This document shows, piece after piece, positions 24,362-37,158 of a stretch of 64,000 bases of DNA (position 1 is the first letter of the stretch; each line of letters begins with the position of its first letter). Under the pieces are notes generated by a model that was given only the letters and a program-made list of their open reading frames with translations, was not told the origin of the DNA and did not search any database. This DNA comes from Octopus vulgaris. Its lineage: Eukaryota. Location: positions 33,232,001-33,296,000 of the forward strand of contig OX597819.1 in NCBI GenBank assembly GCA_951406725.2, read 5' to 3'. Both the position numbers and the translations under genes were made by a program.

Positions 24362-24610
24362 TATATTATATTAAATTAGAGACAAAACCACTATTAGGCA
24401 AATCATACAATGAAAAACTTAAGCCAATACATAAGATTATTTAATTTATATTATTAAAATATATAACAAAATTATTTAAAAAAATATAATTAATATTGTA
24501 TATGAATGTAACCTCGATCGATCATCTACCGTCTGCTTCTATAAAGACTTTCGTTCCTCGTCTATCTGTGCAACGCGTAGCATCTTTCGTATACGTAGGT
24601 AACTTCTATA

Positions 24611-24655
<45 letters not shown>

Positions 24656-24856
24656 TTATATTTTTTTAATAATTTTGTTATATATTTTAATAATATAAAT
24701 TAAATAATCTTAAGTATTGGCTTAAGTTTTTCATTGTATGATTTGCCTAATAGTGGTTTTGTCTCTAATTTAATATAATATAATATTTTACTATAAAATT
24801 GGATTCAATCCTAAATCTGATTTTTCCCTGTAAGTTTGGATTTATTCCCTAATATT

Positions 24857-24862
<6 letters not shown>
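24354..24862. repeat. Inverted pair of an AT-rich Penelope-like tail (~24354-24496 vs ~24651-24785, second copy extending to ~24862) around a duplicated flank
   Basis: Direct reverse-complement match, (TA)n at the junctions. Confidence 0.75.
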
Positions 24863-24901
<39 letters not shown>

Positions 24902-25043
24902 ATGTGTCGTCTATTTGCGTAACGAGTGACATCTATTACCTGTGTGTGTATGTATATATATAAGAACGATATTATTCCTAAAAATAATGACATTAGTGAC
25001 TGCGAGCGTATATACATACATGCATACATAGATACATACATAC

Positions 25044-25575
25044 ACGAGGTCTGGTGAAAATGTATCGTGACGGTTGCTATGGTAACGGAAGCAGAGCTAA
25101 GGTACGCAGAGTAAAGATGCTTGGCACAGATTGACCTTGAACTCTGTCGCGCATGCACACTAAGTTAGAACGCTCTAGCTCTCCTCCGATGTTTATGGTA
25201 GTGCTTGGAAGTAAAGTGTGGTTATCAAAAAAAAAATAAAATAATCAATAAAAGGGATAAAGTTTCAGATGCGCAGGATCTCTTTAATTGTGTCGAGAAA
25301 GACGAAAACTTTTTGAAAACGGTCAAACAGGTGACCGATAGTGGATGACCCCGAAACCAAAGCAAAAGTCAAATCGCACTTGGAAGGAACAAAATTTCAA
25401 GACGTCGAGGAAATCCAAAAGAATGCGATGAAGCAACTGCTCGCTATCCTCGAAAGGGAGTTCCAGGAATCCTTTCAGCTATGGCTTCAGAAGTGGACTG
25501 CTTCGAACGAATTGAAACATGTGCTATAGTTGCCTTGTTATATCACAAAGCCCAATACTTTTTGACCAGGTCTCA
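25044..25575 (+). mobile_element. Internally deleted mariner element
   Basis: TIRs cgaggtctggtgaaaatgtat / atactttttgaccaggtctc. KSHLEGTKFQDVEEIQ..FQESFQLW matches a mariner C-terminus. Confidence 0.75.
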
Positions 25576-25697
25576 TAATGTCTTTCGTTTAAGGTTTGTG
25601 TATGTAAAGTTTATCATCTAAAAAAAAAATATCGTCTATATATATAATGTTTCTCTTCTGTGCAGATATCACCTATTGTATATTGTGTATATGTGTG

Positions 25698-26081
25698 GAA
25701 GCACTCCGTCGGTTCCGACGACGAGGGCTCCGGTTGATCCGAATCAACGGAACAGCCTGCTCGTGAAATTAACGTGTAAGTGGCTGAGCACTCCACAGAC
25801 ACGTGTACCCTTAACGTAGTTCTCGGGGATATTCAGCGTGACACAGAGAGTGACAAGGCCGGCCCTTTGAAATACAGGTACAACAGAAACAGGAAGTAAG
25901 AGTGAGAGAAAGTTGTGGTGAAAGAGTACAGCAGGGATCACCACCATCCTCTGCAGGAGCCTCGTGGAGCTTTTTTAGGTGTTTTCGCTCAATAAACACT
26001 CACAACGCCCGGTCTGGGAATCGAAACCGCGATCCTACGACCGCGAGTCCGCTGCCCTAACCACTGGGCCATTGCGCCTCC
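25698..26081 (-). mobile_element. tRNA-derived SINE (family C-type head, distinct body)
   Basis: Head ggaggcgcaatggcccagtggttagggcagcggactcgcgg..ggtttcgattccc with A and B boxes. Confidence 0.8.
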
Positions 26082-26649
26082 TGTGCATATGTATGCAACA
26101 TCCAAATATTTGACATGTGCCAGATATCGTTTATATGAAATATTTAGAATATATTATCTATGTATAAATCCTATTGTCTATGTATGCAATATCTTTCATC
26201 TAATTAGATAGCATCTATCTTCTATGATATATGAAAATTCTATAGTAATATGTATTGACCAAGCTTCGTTTATATCAGCTGTCTATTGTCTATCATCTAT
26301 CATAAAGCTATGTAACGTATACTGTATAACGGCTATGTAACATCTAAAGTCTATCTTGTGCGTACGTAACATCTATCGTCTATTTATGTGATATCGATCG
26401 CCTATCATTTATATTTGTAATGTCTAACTTCTAAGTATATAACGCCTATCATGTACGTACGTAACGCTTACCGTCTACATGTATATAAGGTCAACGTCAA
26501 TGCATTTATATTCAATCGTCTATGTAACATTTATTTCTATCGTGTATCTAAGTAACGTCTAATGTGGTTATATGTAACGTCTATCATCTAAGTGCGTTTT
26601 GTGTAATGTATAAATATGTAACGTCTATTGACTTTCATCTATATATGTT

Positions 26650-27091
26650 GAACACGCCGTTATTGGAAACAGGAGAATTTATTCTTCTAAGAGACACACT
26701 GCAGCACCCAGCATATTTTGTGTCTGAACCTGCTTAGACGTGTTGAGAATGAATATGCAAATATTCCGTCCAGATCTGCTGAAGGTGGTGGAACTAACGA
26801 TTTCTTTTAATCGGTTGCTAGATATGATGTAAGCACTCATCAGAAAATGATTCTGTTCACTGAAAGTATGAACAAAGCCAGCGGCTTTGGGTAGACTCAG
26901 AGTTCCGGCTATTTGTGGCTGATGAGCCACAGTATGTCGAAACACCGGTGTCTCAGAATGTCATGCGCCAATGAGACCAATGTGTGGAACACACTATTGT
27001 CGTAAAAGAGAAAAGTTATTTTCCTAAGACATACACTATAACACTAAGCATATTTTGCCTAGACGTGTTAAGAATAAAAACGCAAATATTC
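26650..27091 (+). mobile_element. Terminally redundant ~337-nt hammerhead unit (retrozyme-like or non-autonomous Penelope-like)
   Basis: Diverged direct repeats at 26650-26766 and 26987-27091, central hammerhead, TA runs on both flanks, no credible ORF. Confidence 0.65.
26913..26958 (+). ncRNA. Type I hammerhead ribozyme (stems I and II partly decayed)
   Basis: CUGAUGA-gccacagtatgtc-GAAAC-accggt-GUC, with palindromic stem III acaccggtgt. Confidence 0.7.
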
Positions 27092-27883
27092 ATTTTATAT
27101 ATATCAACTACCGCTGAGTGTGTAAGTAATGACTATAGTCTATATAGACGTCTCTTGTTTATGTATAATAGGTTCTATGTAACTTATGTTATTTATAACA
27201 TCTACCTTGTTGGTAGGTAACTGCTATAATTTATGAATAACGTCCATATGGCTATTGTCCATATGTGTAACATCTAAAGCCTATCATATATGTATCGAAC
27301 GTCTATCGTCCATGTATGTGGTATCGATCGTTTAGCGTTTATGTATGTAGCATATGTTGTCTAAATATGTAAGAATTACCTTCTACCTTCTATCTTACAA
27401 CTACACAAAGTCTATCGTCTGCATATGCAACATTTGTCGTCTATAGTGTAACATCTTTTCCTTGTTTCTTTATGTAGTTTACATTTCAAGTCTTTTATTT
27501 GTGTATATATGCTCTAAAGTCTATTTTTTATGAATATAACGGCAATTGTCTATCTACCATCTATTATGTATGCATACGACATCATTCATCTAGATATGTA
27601 ACGTCCATTGTCTATCGTCTTAGTATATAACCTCTAACTTTTATCGAGTATGTAAGTAACGTCCGTCACCTACATATCGAACGTGTCATCTATCTCGTAG
27701 CGTCTCTGGATGAAATGGTTATCGTTTTTCTTCTCTCTATATAACTTATATCATCTATGCTGGTATGTATCGTCTATCGTCTCTATCGTCTATTTATGTG
27801 ATATCATATATCTGTCGTATCCTTATATAACATCTAACAGCTATTACTTAAGTATGTAATGTCGATCGTCTATCGCTTATATA

Positions 27884-28716
27884 CAAGGTGCATTCCAGAA
27901 ATTTTGAGACATTTTCAGGAGTGACACTTATTAATTTCAGAGAAGTACAAAACCCTAACCTCCTTCAAAATATGATCCTCTGACTCCAATGTACTTGTTG
28001 TAAAGCTCCAGATACGTCGGTAAGATAATGGAAGCTCTCCACAGCGAAGGTGCCAAGGACCCTTGTTACAGCCTCTTTCTTCTCAGTGCCTTCAAAACGA
28101 TTTCCCTTAAAGTTTTCCTTCAGCTTAGAGAACAACCAAAAGTTACAGGAAACAAGGCTTGACTTTTGGAAGGGTGAGGGACAGTTTTATGCCCATCTCT
28201 GTCAAGTAGTTGATTACCAGGATGCTTGTCACTGAGCACCCTGGAAACAAATTTTGTACTACTTTTGCGCATGTTTATTGTCTTTATAGAAAAAATATCA
28301 TCAAAATAATTGCGAATCTTCTCAACTGATATTCTGGCGTACCTTTCCCTGCCACACCTCTCATCGACTTGCACTTCGAATCCACCCACTTTGAACCTCT
28401 TGTTACAGCGAAAAACAGATGCTCGGCTCATACAAGTTAATGCATTAGCAGTCTAGAGCCGCGCATAAATGCCTGTAGCTTTTTTGCCATGTTTAACATT
28501 GTCTTCACGTCCCGACTTCATTCTGTAAACCAGTTGGCTGTGACAAGTGGTGTTTAAGAAGGCGTCTTTAAAGTGCTGTAACAGCTTAATCCTTTAATCT
28601 GGGATAACAAAAGTTGGCAGATCAGCTTATTAGATTTATATACAAAATTACAATAATCTAGGACAGTTATAACTGCCCCTCCTAAAAATGTCTCAAAACT
28701 TCTGGACTGCATCTCG
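27884..28716 (-). mobile_element. Internally deleted mariner element
   Basis: 32-bp TIRs caaggtgcattccagaaattttgagacatttt / aaaatgtctcaaaacttctggactgcatctcg, TA flanks. MSRASVFR..KRFK.G..V..DER.GR matches the mariner HTH region. Confidence 0.85.
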
Positions 28717-29716
28717 TATGTGGCATCTCGCCTATATATAAACGTTTATGTATATAACACATACCGTCTTTCATGTATATATGTTGTTTCTCTTCCATCG
28801 TCTATGTATATAATGCCTACCGCGTATCGTCTACGAATGCAACATCTAATCTTTATCGTCTGTGTATATAATCCTTTCTACTACCGGCACAAAGTCCAAT
28901 ATTTTGGAGGATGGACTTAAAAAGATGAAAGGCAAAGTCGACCTTGGCGGAATAGGATCCCAGAACGTAAAGCCAGAAGAAATGCCGCGAACCATTTTGT
29001 CTGGCGTGCTAACGATTCTACTACCTCGCCACTTTCATCTGTGTACATATTGTCTAACGGCTATTTCTTAAATATGTTACTTATATAGTCTGTGTTCTGT
29101 AACCTCTAACCTCTATTGTCTATGTATGTAACTATTGTCTACGTATGTAACTTTTATCTTCTGTGTACGTACGACTTTCTTGTGTCTTGTGTGTATTTAT
29201 CGTCTTTTATCTATTTCATGTCTATTGGCTATCGTCTCTATGTAATGTCTAACAGCTACATATATAACATCTGTCCTGTATCATCTGGTATATGACGCCT
29301 GACTTTTATGTACGTAGCATCTATCGTGTATAGATGTAACGTCTATCTTCTGTTCAAGTAACGTATATTGTCTATGTACTGTCTAAAGAACGATTCCGGT
29401 TTAAGCTATCGTACGCACTGCATTTGTATTATCCATAAGGCAAGTTTTTGGTAAACTATGGAACTATCCTGAAGGCATAATCTATTTTAGATACGGCGTG
29501 TAAGTTATTTACATTATTCATGAGCCTTTTAACTGGGAAATAAATGTTTTAATTCAAATATATATTACAGATTTACCTCTTAGTATTTGCAACGCATAAT
29601 TCAGAGAATTATTTTTAGTGAGCCTGCTGTTTGAAGTATATATGTGCACTTTTCTCTGATGTGAAAATATGGATCTAGAAAACGTTTTATAAAATATATA
29701 AAAGCGACAGAGGTAG

Positions 29717-30730
<1,014 letters not shown>

Positions 30731-30888
30731 CACTGGAGTAAACACATAAATGTGAAACAAGGTGGAGAAAAAGAGTACTCAAATACCAGTGGTAGAGTAA
30801 TATGCTTTATTCAAAGCAACAGAAAATTCTACAAAACCTGTTAGAGCAAGTAACAGATTTTGTAGAATTTTCTGCTGGTTTAAATAAA

Positions 30889-30890
<2 letters not shown>
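30731..30890 (-). mobile_element. Penelope-like tail with terminal fold-back (same family as 36857)
   Basis: Arms ctttattcaaagcaacagaaaattctacaaaacctgtta / taacagattttgtagaattttctgctggtttaaataaag, in (TA)n. Confidence 0.7.
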
Positions 30891-30927
<37 letters not shown>

Positions 30928-30930
<3 letters not shown>

Positions 30931-32203
30931 GGTGGGGAAGCAAATTTTACAATATTTTGAGGCAGGAATTGAAGACAGTGTATGACCAATTTGTTTACTG
31001 AAAGTCATGAGAATTTATTTGTCACAAGACAATTTACATAATAGAAAATATTTTTATACTATGTATCCTCCTTCTTTTTCAATAACCGCCTTCACACGCT
31101 TCCTGAAACTTGCACAGGCGTTCCTCAAATATTCGGGAAACAACTTCTCCCATTCTTCTTTAATAGTATCTTTAAGAGAGTCGACATTGCTGTGTGATGT
31201 TCTATTGGTAGCATGTTCTAAAACGCCCCAAATAGCATAATTCAGAGAGTTTAGATCTGGGCCTGAACGCGGCCATAAACATGATTCCAAAAAATTGCTT
31301 AAGTTGGATTTGCAGAAATCTTGTATTTTTCTAGCTGCGTAGGCTGGGGCACCATCCTGTGTCCATACATAATTACCATCTGGGTAGTTTGCTTTAAGCC
31401 ATGGCAATACTTAGTATCTCAGAGTCTTGTAGTAAGTATTAACATTGATCTTTTCATCAGCTTTGTAGAATTTTATAGGCATTTTCTTTCCATCGGAAGC
31501 CACAACACCAAAAGCCATAACTTGAGCAGGATCTTTTGTTTTGAATGTCCCCTTAACCTCAGCTGTTGATTTTGCGATAAACCTCTCGTTTTCTGCTGTT
31601 GAGAACAGCATCGACAGTAAAGATCTTTTCATTTGGAAAGATCGTTACAATGGCGGACCTTTTCTTGAACCATGTAATAATTTTCTTGCACCTTTCCTTC
31701 ATAGCTGTTGTCAACAAGTGTTTTGGTGTTCTTGTTTAAAATTTTAACCTCAAATCATATTTTACAGCATTTCTAATGGTCGTGTTGTCTACCTCAAGTT
31801 CAATTGCCATTTTCCACATGGATTTGGTTGGATCCTTTAGGATTTTGGATTTGAGAGCTTTAATAAAAGCTTTGGTATGTTTTTTGTTGATTCCTCAACT
31901 TCCAGACTTCCTCGTAATAGTTTTGCTCATAGTCATTCTATTCTTTACATTATAAATAGTCTTTATGGACACTCCAACTATTTTTGAAATCTCCTTTGGT
32001 GTGACGAGAGCATTCAGAAAATCACACACCCTATTGACTTTTGCTTTCCTGATTATTCATATGGGCAAAAGTTTCTGAAAAGGTAAGTATAATAGTGTTA
32101 AGTATGAGTATGACAACAATATATGCTAGGTTTCAACATAATTGATTTAGTGCCTCCTGAGAAAAAACAACTTAACGTTCATTGTAAATTTTGCTTCCCC
32201 ACA

Positions 32204-32206
<3 letters not shown>
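30928..32206 (-). mobile_element. Tc1/mariner DD37D (maT-type) transposon, full span, with pseudogenised transposase
   Basis: 26-bp TIRs cagggtggggaagcaaattttacaat / attgtaaattttgcttccccacactg, TA flanks. QDGAP..WPRSGPDLNSLNY has 37 residues between the second D and the third position (N here). Confidence 0.9.
31054..32060 (-). pseudogene. DD37D transposase with frameshifts and stops
   Basis: Fragments 31411-31632 (KDPAQVMAFGVVASDG) and 31054-31407; N-terminus near 32060. Confidence 0.85.
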
Positions 32207-32250
<44 letters not shown>

Positions 32251-32254
32251 TATA

Positions 32255-33045
32255 CTAGCAGCATAGCCCGGCGTTGCCCGGGTATGTAAGAGCCCCTAGC
32301 AGGCAACGACTAATCCCAATCTAGTCCTTTCCCTCTAGGGAACGAAGGCGCATGTGTAGGTTGCAATGTCTTCTCTTCACTCCCAAATAACTATCAAACA
32401 GCTATCGATAATTCAACCCAACCAATTCCTACCAGGAAGAAATTACATTCGAGACTTTACCCCCAACACCGCCACTTCTGCTAATAGCTGCTGCAGCTGC
32501 AAGTTATTCGAATACTTTTTTTGTTTACACTTTCTTTATAACTACCACCCCAAACGTTTTACCTTAAATTTTTGACGTACCCTAAGGGTCCTCGGACGCC
32601 ACTTGCAAACTATTGGTTTATTATAAACCGCTTTTGTTGTGTGCACCAAAAAAACCTTTTCCATTCGTTTGTTCAGTTTGGTCACTTTTGACTTTTTCGT
32701 TGTTGTCACTCACATTGCTGCCCGCTTTTTTGCCGTTTTTGTACATTTTTATGTATTTTGGGATACTTACCCCACGTGTTCCGAGAGTTAAAAAGGTCGA
32801 GTTGCGTCCCCATGACAGTCTATAGAAAATGTGTTGCATATAAAAAGCTTAGATTCTCGACCCATGTCGAATTTATCGATTTTTTTTCAGAACTAGGGGA
32901 ACTTTTCAAAATTTTCGCTGTGTTAGTTTTGAATTATGACATTGGGCTATGTGTGTGTCAAGTTTCATCAGAATCGGTTGAAAGCCATGGTCAGGGTGAG
33001 GGTACAACCTGACAGACACACAGACACACAGACAGACAAACTGCC

Positions 33046-33116
<71 letters not shown>
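32255..33116 (-). mobile_element. Non-autonomous Helitron
   Basis: The minus strand starts TC(TC)n(TA)n and ends cccgggcaacgccggg(hairpin)ctatgctgCTAG. Inserted between A and T, no TSD. Confidence 0.8.
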
Positions 33117-33118
<2 letters not shown>

Positions 33119-33269
33119 AATAAATGGTGGGGTTGTGTTGACCGCACGTGGAGAAATGATAAGCAAGGAAAAATTGTAAAAAGGCAGAATGCTAAATTGA
33201 AAGAAAATTTTAATGAAAATGGGTGTATGGAAAAGTTTTTGAAAAATTGATAAAATATATATATATATT

Positions 33270-33311
33270 AATTCAAACCGGTTTTCGTCATAATGTGACT
33301 TTTCAAGAATT
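33270..33311 (-). ncRNA. Minimal type I hammerhead with U3-A8 core, within a Penelope-like remnant (~33117-33555)
   Basis: aattc-UUGAAAA-gtca catta tgac-GAAA-accggtt-U-gaatt. Stems I and II are perfect, stem III is palindromic. Confidence 0.7.
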
Positions 33312-34122
33312 GTAAAGAAAAGAATTTTTTTTAAATGTGAGGAGGGGGAAAAAAGAAAATTACATTATTTTTTGCAAAAAAATAAATATAAATATATACA
33401 AAAATTAAAAAATAGGTACTCCGATACATTGTAAAGTCTTTGTGTATCTTGAGTTTAATGATTGTTCACGAAAAAATTACCTTGAAGTATTGAGATCCAA
33501 TGGGATTAAAACCAAGTGTTGTTTAATTTAATTAAGGGTGTCTCTTAACTGATATATATAGTGATATATATATGATATATATATCATACAGCTAACGTGT
33601 CTCACTTAAGTAACGTCTGTCATCTCGTGTGTAACGTGTGACATCATCGTCAATGTATGAATTGTACATGAACATATCGTTTTATCGTCTATGCATTTAG
33701 GGTCATACATACATACATACATACATACATACATACATACATACATACATACATACATACATACATACATACATACATGCATTTATCAGATGAGGTCTAA
33801 AAAACAACAATGAATTCTAAAAGATATTTTTTAAGGTGCAGGATAATGCATTTATACGGGTAAATATGTGCATATGTATGCACAATAGAAGATAAACAAG
33901 AATGAAGTTGAAATTTTAAAAAAAATATTTTTAATAAAAGAAAGAAAGAAACGGATCTGCCTAGATTACAAGAGGAAGCAGAATACTGGCATTTTTTGGA
34001 AGACATATAATCATTTGATTCCGTGTGGCTTATACTTAACCAGTCAAATATGTGTTCTTCGAACAGTAACGCTATACATGTGTGCCTGAGAGAGGGCAGA
34101 TTTGCGTGCAGGTGTCGTCGAA

Positions 34123-34167
<45 letters not shown>

Positions 34168-34572
34168 ATATTATATATATATATATATTATATATATATA
34201 TATATTATATATATAATATATGATATAATATAATATATATATATGTACATACATACATACATACATATATAAATGTTTGTTTGCTATGTATGATTACATG
34301 AATATACATGTGTGTGTAGGTATGTGTTTTGTACGTACGCAGATATACATGCACACACAAACATGCATACATACTCATGGGGAAATTGATTTATTTTCAA
34401 TTTTTCTGTACAGCTTACGCACCTCCATCACACCCATACATTCTCTATGTCAAAGTATTTTGGTCATACATACATATATACATACATGCATACATGCATA
34501 CATACATACATACATACATACATACATACATGCATACATATATATGTATATGTATATATATATATGTATATG

Positions 34573-34637
<65 letters not shown>

Positions 34638-34771
34638 ATACACTAATATATATGTAAATGTATATAAATATAGCTTAATATGTATATATATTTATAAATA
34701 TATATACTCATACATGCATACTCTCTCTCTCCTTTTTTATATATATGTGTGTGTGTGTGTGTGTGCGCGTT

Positions 34772-34802
<31 letters not shown>

Positions 34803-35104
34803 GTGCGTGTGCGTATGTGTGTGTCTGTAGAATTGTACAATGAAGAGCTGAAACAAATACGAAATTTAGGTACTGAATTCAAAGCATTGTTGTTTTAAAT
34901 AACAGTGTCGGCTACAGAGACAGCTGTTGGTGTTCAGAGATAAATCTACAGTCACAAGAAATTCATAAAGTGCAGTCTGTTCGAAATAACATCAATGTTT
35001 TATCAGAGAATGTAAGCAAGCGAAGATTAATTCAAAAAGGGATTAAAGAGAACGTAATAATTTTTAAAAGCTCATAATAGAAATATAGCTGACCAATTAA
35101 TACT

Positions 35105-35320
35105 GGTTTTAAATTTTGGCACTAGGCCAGCAATTTCGGGGGAGGGGGTAAGTCAATTAAATTGGTCCCAGCGTTCAGCTGGTACTTTTTTTTATCGACT
35201 CCGAAACGAGTAAAGGCAAAGTCGACCTCGGCGGAATTTGAACACAGAACGTGAAGACGAACGAAATGCCGGTTAATTATTTTGTCTGCAGGTGCTAATG
35301 ATTCTGCCAGCTCGCCGCCT
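35105..35320 (-). mobile_element. Family-B SINE
   Basis: Core and head motifs. Confidence 0.75.
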
Positions 35321-35356
35321 CTGTTGACCAATTAATACTAACTTGTCAGTTGTGAA

Positions 35357-35650
35357 AGCGTACGGCTTAATGGTTAGGGGTACTCGGCTAACGATCGTAG
35401 GGCCGTGAGTTCGATTCCCGGCGACGTGTCGTGTCGTTGATCAAGACCCTTTATTTCACGTTACTCTAAGTCCATTGAGAGAGCCATCCTTATCACATTT
35501 TGTGTTACACTGCATCCTCCCTGAGAATTGCGTTTATGGTACGCGTGTCAATGGAGTGGTCAGCCACTTGCACACAAATTTCACGAGCAGCAGACTGATC
35601 GGTTGATCGGATCGACTGGAACTCTCATTGATGTAACTGACGGAGTGCCA
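35357..35650 (+). mobile_element. tRNA-derived SINE (family C-type)
   Basis: Head ggcttaatggttaggg..gagttcgattccc. The tail resembles the reverse complement of 25698-25850. Confidence 0.65.
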
Positions 35651-35659
35651 AAAGTAACC

Positions 35660-36360
35660 CTTGTCAGTTAACAATTTTTTAATTTGACATCTGTTATTTA
35701 TGAAATTTAGCTCAGAATTGCAGAGAAGACAGAATTTCTTGCCTTCGTCATATGGTATCGAAATTGAGAGGATCAACCATTCTAAGTGAAATTGTTCATT
35801 GTGGTCTTTTAAATCCCAAATCAGTTTGCTGAGACCGGTACTATTCCGTTTATTTCTATCCCTAAATGTTGCGTAATGGATAGAATTTTTTTAGATAACT
35901 CTAACGATGTGCTTCCAATGTAAAATCGTACTTTATTACGAGTACTGATTATACACTGGTATATAGAATTTTTAATCTTAGAGTTACTTGACATAAACTT
36001 AATTCTATTGGAATTGACTTCAGACACAATAACCTTGTTATTAATATTTCTAGAGGGTTGGATGGTATTAGCTAAATTAATGTTAGTATTAGTAAATGTA
36101 TTAATATTTAACAGTTTGTTATTATGAGAAGATATAATTTGCAGGAGATTTTTTGTGTTTGAAAAACCTATCCTAACCTTATGTGAATTGATTATAGAGT
36201 AATATCTAGAATTGTTTGGAAAATTCCTAGCAATAGCTTGCCTAAACAGCAGTGGGAGATTAGATTTAATTTGTCTCCCGTAAGGAATTATTAACCAAAT
36301 ATTTTTACTAGTATTCATAGCGTAATTACTTTTGAAGGTGTTATATTTACTTTTAGATCG
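35660..36360 (-). pseudogene. Penelope-like element fragment: RT-linker plus GIY-YIG endonuclease
   Basis: NIWLIIPY..NFP....IINSHKVRIGFS..N...IISSHNNKLL, then IYQCII..FYIGST. A frameshifted IPYDEGKKFCLLCNSE follows. Confidence 0.8.
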
Positions 36361-36375
36361 ATAATATATATATAC

Positions 36376-36788
36376 TCTTTACTCTTTTACTCTTTTACTT
36401 GTTTCAGTCATTTGACTGTTGCCATGCTGGAGCACCATTTTTAGCCAAGCAAATCGACCCCAGGACTTATTCTTTGTAATCCTAGTACTTATTCTATCGG
36501 TCTCTTTTGCCGAACCGCTAAGTTACGGAAACGTAAACACACCAGCATCAGTTGTCAAGCGATGTTGGGTTGACAAGCACAGACGCACAAACACATACAC
36601 ATACATATATATATATACATATATACAACGGGCTTCTTTCAGTTTCCGTCTACCAAATCCACTCACAAGGCTTTGGTCAGCCCGAGGCTATAGCAGAAGA
36701 CACTTACCCAAGGTGCCATGCCTTGGGACTGAACCCGGAACCATGTGGTTCGTAAGCAAGCTACTTACCACGCAGCCACTCCTACGCC
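36376..36788 (-). mobile_element. Family-A SINE
   Basis: Near-complete reverse-complement copy of 2690-3118. Confidence 0.85.
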
Positions 36789-36856
36789 TATATATATATA
36801 CACACACACACACACATACATATATATATATATTTATATATATATATATATATATA

Positions 36857-37039
36857 CCGGAGTAAACACATAAATGTGAAGCTAGGTGGAAAAAAGAGTA
36901 CTCAAATACCAGTGGTAGAGTAATATGCTTTATTTAAAGCAGCAGAAAATTCAACAAAAACTGTTACTCTGAGTTTCCCGTTGCAACGGGAAACTCAGAG
37001 TAACAGGTTTTGTTGAATTTTCTGCTGCTTTAAATAAAG
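36857..37039 (-). mobile_element. Penelope-like tail with near-perfect palindrome (~36927-37039)
   Basis: Palindrome centred on cccgttgcaacggg. Contains gaaactcagagta (hammerhead stem III remnant). Lies in (TA)n. Confidence 0.75.
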
Positions 37040-37073
<34 letters not shown>

Positions 37074-37105
37074 TATATATAAATATACATACATGTGTGT
37101 GTGTC

Positions 37106-37158
<53 letters not shown>

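Larger units (their letters stand above)
19140..29380. repeat. Decayed minisatellite, ~20-22-bp unit (gtaacgtctatcgtctatgtat-like), interrupted by many TEs
   Basis: Motifs tatgtaacgtctatcgtcta recur in most inter-TE gaps of this interval, densely from ~20890. Confidence 0.7.
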
